Source: Takakia lepidozioides (Eukaryota; Plantae; Bryophyta). From it: DNA of 64,000 nt. Under the pieces are notes generated by a model, which made no database searches, had not been told where the DNA came from, and was given only the letters and a program-made list of their open reading frames with translations. The DNA is taken from the NCBI GenBank assembly GCA_030704615.1, contig CM060734.1, positions 20,894,001 through 20,958,000 of the forward strand, given 5' to 3'. The stretch's first letter is position 1, and every line of letters begins with the position of its first letter. Shown here piece after piece: positions 63,901 through 64,000 of the stretch. Position numbers and translations under genes: made by a program.

Positions 63901-64000
63901 GGCAAGAGTTGTCAAATCCTCTCCCATTCTACCTTCAAATAGTCCTGACTTTTACTTACCTCCCGGTAGACGCACCATTTATATGACGAGCCCTGAGCGC

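Overview
This is repeat-rich nuclear DNA from a land plant. A non-seed lineage (fern, lycophyte or bryophyte) is my inference from PPR style and TE families. I found no intact host gene. About half the window is Ty3/Gypsy LTR retrotransposon, all on the minus strand. Element A (15378-28498) is a complete non-chromovirus with TSD ACCCC. Element B is a related copy, truncated at ~56725 (40360-~56725). Element C (43572-50551) is a young chromovirus nested in B, with TSD TGCAG. Element D (56813-58322) is a both-ends-truncated fragment of a C relative. A and B carry a large extra ORF of ~1,250 aa between integrase and the polypurine tract, plus a GGCTGTG minisatellite found in both the LTRs and the integrase tail. 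There is also a 3'-truncated L1-type LINE (33659-39140), RING-H2 and SWIM pseudogenes, a 120-bp tandem array holding two tiny (TC)n-tailed retroposons, and a 300-bp fold-back. The rest is captured host-gene debris: PLS-PPR/E, OSB-type WWDNR motif, MCTP C2, MIRO, JmjC, SEC13, an RLK exon and the 5' half of TOUSLED, often with introns kept. The most unusual structure is a GC-palindrome/AT-spacer hairpin array (56750-59650) whose hairpin arms bracket unrelated captured fragments. All family assignments come from recognising motifs by eye; no database searches were run.
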